NCBI GenBank assembly: GCA_937928755.1
Contig: CALEZI010000050.1
Coordinates: 2,361 to 66,360 of the forward strand
Direction of reading: 5' to 3'
Source: an uncultured Rhodanobacteraceae bacterium
GTDB taxonomy: Bacteria; Pseudomonadota; Gammaproteobacteria; Xanthomonadales; SZUA-5
Length of the DNA stretch: 64,000 nucleotides
Shown here piece after piece: positions 1 to 7,708 of the stretch (position 1 is its first letter; every line of letters starts with the position of its first letter). The translations under genes were made by a program, and so were the position numbers. The notes under the pieces are model-generated. The model was not told the DNA's origin. It did no database searches and was given only the letters and a program-made list of their open reading frames with translations.

Positions 1-596
1 ATGCCGGGCCCGAATACCCTCAGCGCCACATGACCGCCGGCACCGATGGCCATGATCGCCACGACGATCGCCCATAACTTGCGGATCTCGATCACGCCCC
101 AGGGATCGATGGTGCCGGCGGGCAGCAATGGCAGCACGATCAAGGCGGAAGCCAGCAACAGCAGGCCGTCGTGGATTTCCTGCGGCGTCAGCAGCGCCTG
201 CGAAAAATGGTGCAACTTCGACTTGCCGGCGAGCAGGATGGCGACGCTGACGCCGAGCATGGCCGCCAGAGCCGGTTCGGTTTGCGCCAGCACGCCGAGC
301 AGGTAAGTCAGCAGCAGTGCGATTTCGGTGGTCAGGCCCGGATCGTCGCTGCTCGAGCGCACATAGGACAGCAACGCGGCCAGCCCGACGAATCCTCCGG
401 CGAGCAGCATCAGCGGTAAACCGAGGTGGCTGCCGACGGCGCCCGTCAGTGCGACCAGGGTGAAACTGCGTACGCCCGCGGCGCCGCGATCGGCGCCACC
501 GCCTTTGTTGCGCTCGCGCTCGATGCCGATCAGCAAACCAAGCCCGAGTGCGACGACGAATCCAAACAGCACATCCAGAGTGGGGAAGGATTCCAT
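1..596 (-). CDS. MgtC/SapB-family (DUF4010-type) integral membrane protein, N-terminal part; 3' end lies beyond the window
   Basis: Absent from the ORF track because it runs off the window edge. The reverse complement from CAT 594-596 reads MESFPTLDVLFGFVVALGLGLLIGIERERNKGG..., followed by several hydrophobic helices. The GIERE motif is typical of MgtC/SapB proteins. Confidence 0.55.
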   Translation of the reverse strand, partial: MESFPTLDVLFGFVVALGLGLLIGIERERNKGGGADRGAAGVRSFTLVALTGAVGSHLGLPLMLLAGGFVGLAALLSYVRSSSDDPGLTTEIALLLTYLLGVLAQTEPALAAMLGVSVAILLAGKSKLHHFSQALLTPQEIHDGLLLLASALIVLPLLPAGTIDPWGVIEIRKLWAIVVAIMAIGAGGHVALRVFGPG

Positions 597-750
597 CGTC
601 GCCCGGTCGCCTGCGGCTTGCCCGCGTCGAGTCTACGTGCGCCGATGCCGCTCGTGCGCGACTGGCGCCGCGCCGCCGCGCATTGGAAGCGCCTTCAATC
701 CTGCTCGGTTATGCTCCGCGACCGGTTTCAATCTGAAGGGCGATGAGATC

Positions 751-1608
751 ATGAGAGTTCGTGGTGGCTGCCTCGCAATTCTGGCTGGCGCGCTGATCGG
801 TTTCGCGGCCAGCGCCGAAGAACCGCCGGTTCACGCGGCGCCGTCGGCTGCGACGCCGGCGAACGCGGACGGTTTGCCGTCCTGGGCGCCCGGGCCGATG
901 CTGCCGGAGCAGCAGGCGCCGATCGAGGGCCGGGTGGTCGCGCGCAATCTGGGTCTGGCATTCACGCTGCCGAAATCCTGGCGCGCCGACGATGTCAGTT
1001 GGCGCGAACTCGATGCCACCGATGCCAAGTCGCTGAACCCGATGGCGGAGTCCGGCCTGGTCGTGGAACTCGCCGAAGACGGCGGCAGCGTGCGTTTGCT
1101 GGCACTTTACCGGGTGCCCCTGGAGCAATGGCGTGCCGCCGAGCGCATCGGCAAGGCCGGGCCCGGTCGCATCGCCATGGTCGAGCCCAACAAGGGTTAT
1201 GTGGTGGTGCGGCCAGTCGACGCTGCAGGCCCCGGCCGGTTCGCCACCTTGCGTCTGGATCTCGACGACGCCATCGGCACGCTGGCGCTGTTCGACGCCC
1301 ACCACGACGAGCGCCACCTGCTGGCTAAGCTCGGTTCATCGTTCAACGGCACGCTGGCCGACGGCTCCACCGTGGCTCTGCAACTGGAGCCCCACGGCAA
1401 GCTCAAGCTGAGCTTCAGCAAGGGCCCGCGCGAGGTCAGCGGCAGTTGGGTGCAGCGCGATTCGCAGGTCATCGGGCAGTTGTTCGGCCAGGGACCTGAC
1501 GTCAATCCGGCGCTGCTGTTCCATTACGACGGCGTCGGTCTGATCGTGATGAAATGGGATCAGAAGGTGTTCGGCAACATCGGCAGCCGGCTGGATCGGC
1601 CAGAGTGA
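751..1608 (+). CDS. hypothetical secreted/periplasmic protein
   Basis: Taken from ORF 460..1608, with the internal ATG at 751 as start. That start gives MRVRGGCLAILAGALIGFAASAEE, a Sec-type signal peptide. The stop overlaps the GTG of the next gene (GTGA). I recognise no family. Confidence 0.5.
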   Translation: MRVRGGCLAILAGALIGFAASAEEPPVHAAPSAATPANADGLPSWAPGPMLPEQQAPIEGRVVARNLGLAFTLPKSWRADDVSWRELDATDAKSLNPMAESGLVVELAEDGGSVRLLALYRVPLEQWRAAERIGKAGPGRIAMVEPNKGYVVVRPVDAAGPGRFATLRLDLDDAIGTLALFDAHHDERHLLAKLGSSFNGTLADGSTVALQLEPHGKLKLSFSKGPREVSGSWVQRDSQVIGQLFGQGPDVNPALLFHYDGVGLIVMKWDQKVFGNIGSRLDRPE

Positions 1609-3311
1609 ATTTCCGGCAGCACCAGCAGCGCCAGTGGTGGCTGCTGCTGGCGTTCGCCGTGGTGCTGCTCGGTGCCGGCATCGGTCTGCGCGATCCATGG
1701 CCGGCGGACGAGCCGCGTTTCGCGCTGGTCGCCAAACAGATGGTGGACAGTGGCGAGTGGCTGTTCCCGCATCGCGGCAACGAGTTGTACTCGGACAAGC
1801 CGCCGATGTTCATGTGGATGCAGGCGGCCGGTTACACGCTGACCGGCTCCTGGCGCATCGCCTTCCTGCTGCCTTCGCTGTTGTCCGGTCTGTTGACGCT
1901 GCTGCTGGTGCACGATCTGGCGCGCCGACTGCACGGTCGCAAGGTCGCCTGGATTGCGGCCGCGGCGCTGCTGTTCACGCTGCATTTCACGATCCAGGCG
2001 CGCAGCGCGCAGATCGATGGCACCCTGCTCGGCATCATGACACTGGCCTGTTACGGGCTGCTGCGACACCTGCTGCTGGGCCCCGACTGGCGCTGGTTGT
2101 GGATCGGCTGTTTTGCCGCCGGTTTCGGCACCATCACCAAGGGTGTCGCTTTCCTGGCATTGCTGTTGATCCCGCTGGCGCTGGCCGGCAGGCGTCTAGG
2201 CTGGCAGGGAATGGCGCCAGCCGCACCCTTCGCACCCGGCCGCGCGGCACTCGCCGCGATCGCCTTCATCGGCGCCGTGGCGCTGTGGCTGGTGCCGATG
2301 CTGCTGACCGTGTGGATGCGCGACAACCCCGAGTATCGCGCCTACGCCAGCGACATCCTGTTCGGCCAGACGGCGTCGCGCTACCTTGAGCCCACCCACC
2401 ACCTGAAGCCACCGTGGTACTACCTTGGCGTGATCGCAACGCTGTGGCTGCCGACGTCATTCGCGCTCATCTGGGCAATCCCGCACTGGTGGCGCGGCTG
2501 GCGTCGCGGTCGGCGTCCGGCGCGGGTGTGGCTGCCGCTGAGCTTCGTCGTGCTGATCGTTTTCTTTTTCTCGATGTCCGGCGGCAAGCGCGACGTCTAC
2601 ATACTTCCGGCACTGCCGATGCTGGTGCTGGCGCTGGCGCCGCTGCTGCCGGCGCTGCTGCGCAAGCGCTCGCTGCAGCGGGCTCTGTTCGTGCTGGCGG
2701 CAACGGTTTCGCTGGCGCTGGTGGCCGGCTCACTTTACGCGTTGATCGGCCAACCCGCGTTCGCCGAGAAACTGCGCAGCCTGCGTGGCCTCGATCCCTG
2801 GCACATCACGCTGAGCATGGGTTTGGTCGGGCTGGTCGCGGCCGCCGTGTTCCGCCCGGCGCGCGGCGCGCTGGCGCTCGCCGGCACCCTGACCGGTGTC
2901 TGGCTGCTGTACAGTTTCTGGGCCTTCCCGGTAATCAACGACTCACGCTCCGCGCGCGGCGTGATGCATGCTGCCGGCGCCAGGATCGGATCCGACGCCG
3001 AACTCGCCCTGCTCGGCTGGAAAGAGCAGAACCTGCTGATGGCCGACCGTCCAGCCACCGTATTTGGCTTCCTCGCGCCGCGCGCCGAGCAGGAACTGGC
3101 CGCAGTCGCGTGGTTGCGCGAAGCACCGGAAAAGCGCTGGGTACTCGGGCAGAAACTGTCGCTGGACACCTGTTTCCTGATCGACAAGACGATCGTGGTC
3201 GGCGAATCCAATCGCCGCCGCTGGTACCTCGCCAACGCCGACGCCCTGCGCGAGCAATGCCTGCCGCATTCGGAGGAAGCGAAGCAGCGGCACAAGGTGG
3301 CGTGGCACTGA
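1605..3311 (+). CDS. glycosyltransferase family 39 (ArnT/PMT-like) polytopic membrane protein
   Basis: ORF 1554..3311. The N-terminus LRDPWPADEPRFALVAKQMVDSGEWLFPHRGNELYSDKPPMFMWMQA is the characteristic first-loop region of ArnT/GT39 enzymes. Many TM helices follow. The GTG at 1605 overlaps the upstream stop. Confidence 0.75.
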   Translation: MNFRQHQQRQWWLLLAFAVVLLGAGIGLRDPWPADEPRFALVAKQMVDSGEWLFPHRGNELYSDKPPMFMWMQAAGYTLTGSWRIAFLLPSLLSGLLTLLLVHDLARRLHGRKVAWIAAAALLFTLHFTIQARSAQIDGTLLGIMTLACYGLLRHLLLGPDWRWLWIGCFAAGFGTITKGVAFLALLLIPLALAGRRLGWQGMAPAAPFAPGRAALAAIAFIGAVALWLVPMLLTVWMRDNPEYRAYASDILFGQTASRYLEPTHHLKPPWYYLGVIATLWLPTSFALIWAIPHWWRGWRRGRRPARVWLPLSFVVLIVFFFSMSGGKRDVYILPALPMLVLALAPLLPALLRKRSLQRALFVLAATVSLALVAGSLYALIGQPAFAEKLRSLRGLDPWHITLSMGLVGLVAAAVFRPARGALALAGTLTGVWLLYSFWAFPVINDSRSARGVMHAAGARIGSDAELALLGWKEQNLLMADRPATVFGFLAPRAEQELAAVAWLREAPEKRWVLGQKLSLDTCFLIDKTIVVGESNRRRWYLANADALREQCLPHSEEAKQRHKVAWH

Positions 3312-3430
3312 AAGGCAGGAAAAGGGGAAAGGGGAAATGGAAAACGGGAGAGCGAACCGCCGCCAAACCCGGGCATCCAGCTCTGGCTGCTCACCCTTTT
3401 CCTTTTTCCCTTTCCCTTTTTCCCGCTCCT
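3312..3430. repeat. polypurine/polypyrimidine inverted-repeat element (GGAAAAGG family), copy 1
   Basis: Left arm: aggcaggaaaaggggaaaggggaaatggaaaacgggagagcg. Right arm: cacccttttcctttttccctttccctttttcccgctcc. The element fills the entire gap between the GT39 stop (3309-3311) and the bioH ATG (3432). Related copies lie at 11364-11531 and 43885-44019. Confidence 0.85.
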
Positions 3431-3431
3431 G

Positions 3432-4190
3432 ATGCACCTCGACATCCACGGTTCCGGTCCACCGCTGGTCCTGATCCACGGCTGGGCCATGCATGGCGGC
3501 ATCTTTGCGCCGCTGTTGCGCGAGCTGACGCCGCATTTCGAATGCCATGTGGTCGATCTGCCCGGCCACGGGCTCAGTGAAGATCGCGATGGCCTCGATC
3601 TCGACGTCTGCGTGGATCGCTTGCTGCGGATGTTGCCGCCGGCGCCATGGCTGGGCTGGTCGCTGGGCGGGATGATTGCATTGGAGGCCGCCGCAAGGGC
3701 GCCCGAACGGGTGACCGCATTGATCGCGATTGCCGCCTCGCCGCGCTTCGTGGTGGCGCCGGACTGGCCGCATGCGGTGGCGCACAGCGTGTTCGAGCAG
3801 TTCGCCAGCGATCTGGCCGCGGACTATCGCGCGACGATCGAGCGTTTCATCGCGCTCGAAGTGCACGGCGACGCCCATGCGCGCGACGAGATCCGCTGGT
3901 TGCGCGAGCGCCTGAGCGAACGCCCGCCGTCCGATCCCCGTTTTCTGGTCGACGGTTTGGCGATCCTGGCCGACGGCGATCTGCGTCCGGAACTGCCCAA
4001 TCTCGGCGTGCCCAGCTTGTGGATCGCCGGCCAGCGCGATCGCCTGGTGCCCTGGCAGGCGATGCAATGCGCGGCCGAGCTGGCTCCTGGCGGGCAGTAC
4101 CGGTGCATCGATCGCGCCGGCCACGCACCGTTTCTCAGTCATCCCGAGGCCGTGACGGCGGCGATTCGCGAGTTCACGGCACTGGTGTAG
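3432..4190 (+). CDS. bioH: pimeloyl-[ACP] methyl ester carboxylesterase BioH (alpha/beta hydrolase)
   Basis: 252 aa. LVLIHGWAMHG, WLGWSLGGMIALE (nucleophile elbow), ERFIALE and AGHAPFLSHP align motif for motif with E. coli BioH (LVLLHGWG, WLGWSLGG, ERFLALQ, AAHAPFISHP). Confidence 0.8.
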   Translation: MHLDIHGSGPPLVLIHGWAMHGGIFAPLLRELTPHFECHVVDLPGHGLSEDRDGLDLDVCVDRLLRMLPPAPWLGWSLGGMIALEAAARAPERVTALIAIAASPRFVVAPDWPHAVAHSVFEQFASDLAADYRATIERFIALEVHGDAHARDEIRWLRERLSERPPSDPRFLVDGLAILADGDLRPELPNLGVPSLWIAGQRDRLVPWQAMQCAAELAPGGQYRCIDRAGHAPFLSHPEAVTAAIREFTALV

Positions 4191-4257
4191 GAGCGGCGTG
4201 CACGCCGCGATCGCAGCTTGGGGCATCGCCGGTCGCGACGTACACGTCGCTCCTACA
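4186..4257. repeat. REP doublet, TGTAGGAGCG(G/A)CGTGCACG(C/T)CGCGA family, inverted pair
   Basis: tgtaggagcggcgtgcacgccgcga ... tcgcgacgtacacgtcgctcctaca. It spans the whole convergent bioH/xdhC gap. A second doublet lies at 16161-16228. Confidence 0.85.
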
Positions 4258-5125
4258 GTTGCGAGCGCACCTGGATCAGATGCGCGAGCACGCTGACGGC
4301 GATTTCCTCGGGCGTCTGCGCGCCGATCGGCAGGCCGACCGGGGCCTGCAGCGCGGCCAGTTGCTGCGCCTGATCGGTTTCCAGCGCCGCCAGCACCTGG
4401 TCGATGCGTTTGCGGCTGCCCATCATGCCGAGAAAAGCGAAAGTCGAGCCGGCGAGCACGCACAGGGTCGCCACGTCGCTGGCGTAGTCGCGGTTCAACA
4501 GCACCGCGTACAGCGCGCGACGGGTGTTCAGCGCTGCGCGCAGGTTGTCGAAGTCGCCGGTCAAGATATGTACACCCGGGTACAACGCCGGATCGGCGTG
4601 CTCCGGTCGCGGGTCGTAGACCCACAACTCGAAATCCAGCGTGCGCGCCAGCTGGCACAGCGCCAGTCCGCAATGACCGCCGCCGACGATCAGCAGGCGT
4701 GGGTCTGGACAGACGGTCAGCGCGCCATTCGCTGAACCGACATCGCCCGCGTGAAGTTCGACTTCGAGTCCCGCCGCCAGCATGGTTGCAATGGTCAGCG
4801 CGCGTTCGGCGTCCGCTGCGCCGTGCCAGCGCCGCAGCACCAGCTGCATGCGGCCGCCGCAAATCCCCACCGAACCGGCGCCGCCGGTCAGGTCGATCTG
4901 TACCTCGGCGACCTGCCCGCCAGCGGCGAGCAATTCGCGGGCCGCCGTCATCACGCGCGCCTCGGCGAGGCCGCCGCCGACGCTGAACGCGGCCGCGTTC
5001 GTGCTGATCAGCATGCGCGCACCCGCCTTGCGCGGCGTCGCGCCCCGGGTGGCCAGCACGCTGGCGAGCACAACCGGTTCGCGCGCGACCCAGTCGGCCA
5101 AGCGAGCGAAGAGTTGCTCGTTCAT
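4253..5125 (-). CDS. xdhC: xanthine dehydrogenase accessory/maturation factor XdhC
   Basis: ORF 4253..5197, with start taken at MNEQLFARLADWVAREPVVLASVLATRGATPRKAGARML (CAT 5123-5125). The XdhC/CoxI N-terminal motif and the Rossmann-like LLIVGGGHCG are present. It lies downstream of xdhAB. Confidence 0.8.
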   Translation of the reverse strand: MNEQLFARLADWVAREPVVLASVLATRGATPRKAGARMLISTNAAAFSVGGGLAEARVMTAARELLAAGGQVAEVQIDLTGGAGSVGICGGRMQLVLRRWHGAADAERALTIATMLAAGLEVELHAGDVGSANGALTVCPDPRLLIVGGGHCGLALCQLARTLDFELWVYDPRPEHADPALYPGVHILTGDFDNLRAALNTRRALYAVLLNRDYASDVATLCVLAGSTFAFLGMMGSRKRIDQVLAALETDQAQQLAALQAPVGLPIGAQTPEEIAVSVLAHLIQVRSQL

Positions 5126-5220
5126 GCGATTGACGCCCGGGACGAAACGTCGATTGTCTCCGTCACTGCCCGCACCGATGCACCTGACTCTCGGCAAGGC
5201 AAGGCCGAGGCCTGATCTGG

Positions 5221-5343
5221 GGACGCAAAGGACGCAAAGGATGCGCTAAGGACGCAAAGAACAGCAGGGTCCTGGAAATGAGTCCAGAAACCTTGGGTTC
5301 GCCCTTTTTGCGTCCTTTGCGTCCCTTTGCGTCCTTTGCGTCC
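5221..5343. repeat. GCAAAGGAC-unit inverted-repeat element, copy 1
   Basis: Left arm: ggacgcaaaggacgcaaaggatgcgctaaggacgcaaagaac. Right arm: ttgcgtcctttgcgtccctttgcgtcctttgcgtcc. It sits between xdhB and xdhC. Other copies lie at 20567-20676 and 49797-49884. Confidence 0.8.
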
Positions 5344-5347
5344 AAAA

Positions 5348-7708
5348 TCACAGACTTGCCTTCGCGCAGACCCGCCCGATCGCGCGATGGATCGCCTCTG
5401 GTGTCGCCGGCGAATCGAGTAACACCTCGCGCGCGTCGCCGAACGCGGCGACGGCATCGCGCAGCGCCTCGCGCACGGCCAGCGCCAGCATCAACGGCGG
5501 TTCACCGACGCCCTTGCTGCCGAAAATGACGTCGGTGCTGGGTGCTTCGGTGCGCCGATACAGATCGACGTGGAATTCGACCGGCACATCGGCGACGGTC
5601 GGGATCTTGTAGGTGCTCGGGGCGTCGGTCAGCAATCGGCCGGTGTCGGCAAAGCGCAGTTCCTCGCAGGTGAGCCAGCCCATGCCCTGGACAAAGCCGC
5701 CTTCGATCTGGCCACGGTCGATGCCCTCGTTGAGCGAATCGCCGACATCGTGCAGCAGATCGACGCGACGCAACTGGTGCACGCCGGTATGGCCGCAGAC
5801 TTCGACCTCGCAGACCGCGCCGCCATAAGCGAAGTAGTAGAACGGATGGCCCTTGCCGGCGGCGGCATCCCAGTGGATCACCGGCGTGCGGTAATAACCG
5901 GTGCTGCTGAGGCTGATCCGCGCGTTGTAGGCGGCCTTGACCACTTCCGCGAACCCGACGCTCCTGTGGGAGCGGCTTTTGTGGGAGCGACCTTGTGTCG
6001 CGAGCTCTTCAGGATCGCGGGACAAGCCCGCTCCCACAGAAGCCTGCAACACGACCTGGTCATCGGCAAACACCAGATCTTCCGGCGCGCCACCGAGCAT
6101 CTCCGCGGCCACCGGCGCCAACCGCGCGCGCAGCGTCTCGCAGGCGGCCTTGATTGCCTGGCCGTTGAGGTCGGAACCGGAACTGGCCGCGGTGGCGGAG
6201 GTGTTCGGCACCTTGTCGGTGCTGGTAGTCATGATCTGGATGCGCGTGGGCGCCACGCCGAGCGTGCGCGCGGCCACGCCGATCATCTTGGTGTGCAGCC
6301 CCTGGCCCATCTCGGTGCCGCCGTGGTTCAACTGGATGCTGCCGTCCTGGTAGATCAGCACCAGCGCGCCGGCCTGGTTGTATTCGGTCTTGTTGAAGGA
6401 AATGCCGAACTTCACCGGGGTGATCGCCAGGCCACGCTTGCGATTCGGATGCGCGGCGTTGAAGTCGTCGATCTGGCTGCGACGGCGATCGAACTCGCTG
6501 CTGCGTTTCAGCTGCGTCCACAGTGCGCCGATGTGGTTGTCGACCACCGGCTGACCGTAGTGGGTGGTATTGCGGTCCGGCGTCTGGCCCGGCTGGTAGA
6601 AGTTGCGCTCGCGCACCTGATCCGCCGGCAGTCTCAGATGGCGCGCGATGCGATCGAGGATCTCCTCGCCGATCAGCATGCCCTGCGGGCCACCGAAACC
6701 GCGAAACGCGGTGTTCGACGGCAGGTGCGTTTTCGCGATGCGTCCGATCACGCGCACGTGGGCGCAATGGTAGGCGTTGTCGACATGCACCATCGCGCGC
6801 ATCAGCACCGGTGGCGACAAATCGCAGCTCCAGCCGCCGTCGGCGACCATGTCGACATCCAGCGCCAGCAGGCGTCCGTGGTCGTCGAATCCGACCTCGA
6901 AGCGCCCGAGGAAAGGATGCCGCTTGCCGGTCAACTGCATGTCGAGGCCGCGCGGCAACTGGATGCCGACCGGGTGGCCGGTCCTGAGGGCCGCCAGCGC
7001 CGCCACCGCGGCAAAGGTGTTGGCCTGGGTCTCCTTGCCGCCGAAGCCGCCGCCCATGCGCAGGCAGCGACAGACCACCCGGTTCGATGGGATGCCGAGC
7101 GCATGCGCGACCATCGCCTGGGTTTCCGACGGGTGCTGGGTCGAGGCGCTGACGTGCACCAAACCGTCGCCGTCGATCGCCGCCCAGCTGGCCTGGGTTT
7201 CCAGGTAGAAATGGTCCTGGCCGCCGCAACGCACCTCGCCGCTCAGCCGATGCGCTGCGCCCGCCATCGCGGCACTGACGTCGCCGCGCTCGACGCGCGC
7301 CGGTCGCATGTGAAAGCGGTTCTCGGCGATCGCCTGATCGACGCTCAGGCAGGCGGGCAGGGGCTCATAGGCGACCTGAACCCGCTGTGCCGCAGCGCGT
7401 GCCGTTGCATTGTCGCGAGCGACCACCCAGGCCACTGCCTGCCCGTAGTGGCTGACCACATCCGCCGGGATCAACGGCTCGTCGTGCAGGATCGGACCGG
7501 TGTTGTTGTCGCCGGGGATATCGGCGGCGGTCAGCACTGCGTGCACCCCGGGCAACGCCAGCGCGGCCGACGCATCGATCGCCCGGATGCGCGCGTGCGC
7601 ATGTGGCGCCTGCACCGGGTACAGCCGCAGCAAACCGACCGGCTCGCGCTGTTCGTCGGTATAGACCGCGCGACCGGTGACGTGACCGACGGCGCTTTCG
7701 TGCTTCAT
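5348..7708 (-). CDS. xdhB: xanthine dehydrogenase large (molybdopterin-binding) subunit XdhB
   Basis: ORF 5348..8263. The real start is MKHESAVGHVTGRAVYTDEQ (CAT 7706-7708), giving an ATGA overlap with the xdhA stop. That makes 786 aa with a typical Mo-pterin oxidoreductase sequence (GGGFGGKETQ, GTEMGQGLHTK). It carries a REP-derived in-frame insert (see findings). Confidence 0.9.
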   Translation of the reverse strand: MKHESAVGHVTGRAVYTDEQREPVGLLRLYPVQAPHAHARIRAIDASAALALPGVHAVLTAADIPGDNNTGPILHDEPLIPADVVSHYGQAVAWVVARDNATARAAAQRVQVAYEPLPACLSVDQAIAENRFHMRPARVERGDVSAAMAGAAHRLSGEVRCGGQDHFYLETQASWAAIDGDGLVHVSASTQHPSETQAMVAHALGIPSNRVVCRCLRMGGGFGGKETQANTFAAVAALAALRTGHPVGIQLPRGLDMQLTGKRHPFLGRFEVGFDDHGRLLALDVDMVADGGWSCDLSPPVLMRAMVHVDNAYHCAHVRVIGRIAKTHLPSNTAFRGFGGPQGMLIGEEILDRIARHLRLPADQVRERNFYQPGQTPDRNTTHYGQPVVDNHIGALWTQLKRSSEFDRRRSQIDDFNAAHPNRKRGLAITPVKFGISFNKTEYNQAGALVLIYQDGSIQLNHGGTEMGQGLHTKMIGVAARTLGVAPTRIQIMTTSTDKVPNTSATAASSGSDLNGQAIKAACETLRARLAPVAAEMLGGAPEDLVFADDQVVLQASVGAGLSRDPEELATQGRSHKSRSHRSVGFAEVVKAAYNARISLSSTGYYRTPVIHWDAAAGKGHPFYYFAYGGAVCEVEVCGHTGVHQLRRVDLLHDVGDSLNEGIDRGQIEGGFVQGMGWLTCEELRFADTGRLLTDAPSTYKIPTVADVPVEFHVDLYRRTEAPSTDVIFGSKGVGEPPLMLALAVREALRDAVAAFGDAREVLLDSPATPEAIHRAIGRVCAKASL
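5965..6038. repeat. REP doublet (TGTGGGAGCGGGCTTGTCCCGCGAT family) located inside the xdhB coding sequence
   Basis: tgtgggagcggctttt gtgggagcgaccttgtgtcgcgag ctcttcagg atcgcgggacaagcccgctcccaca. On the coding strand it translates as ...SVGAGLSRDPEELATQGRSHKSRSH... Confidence 0.75.
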
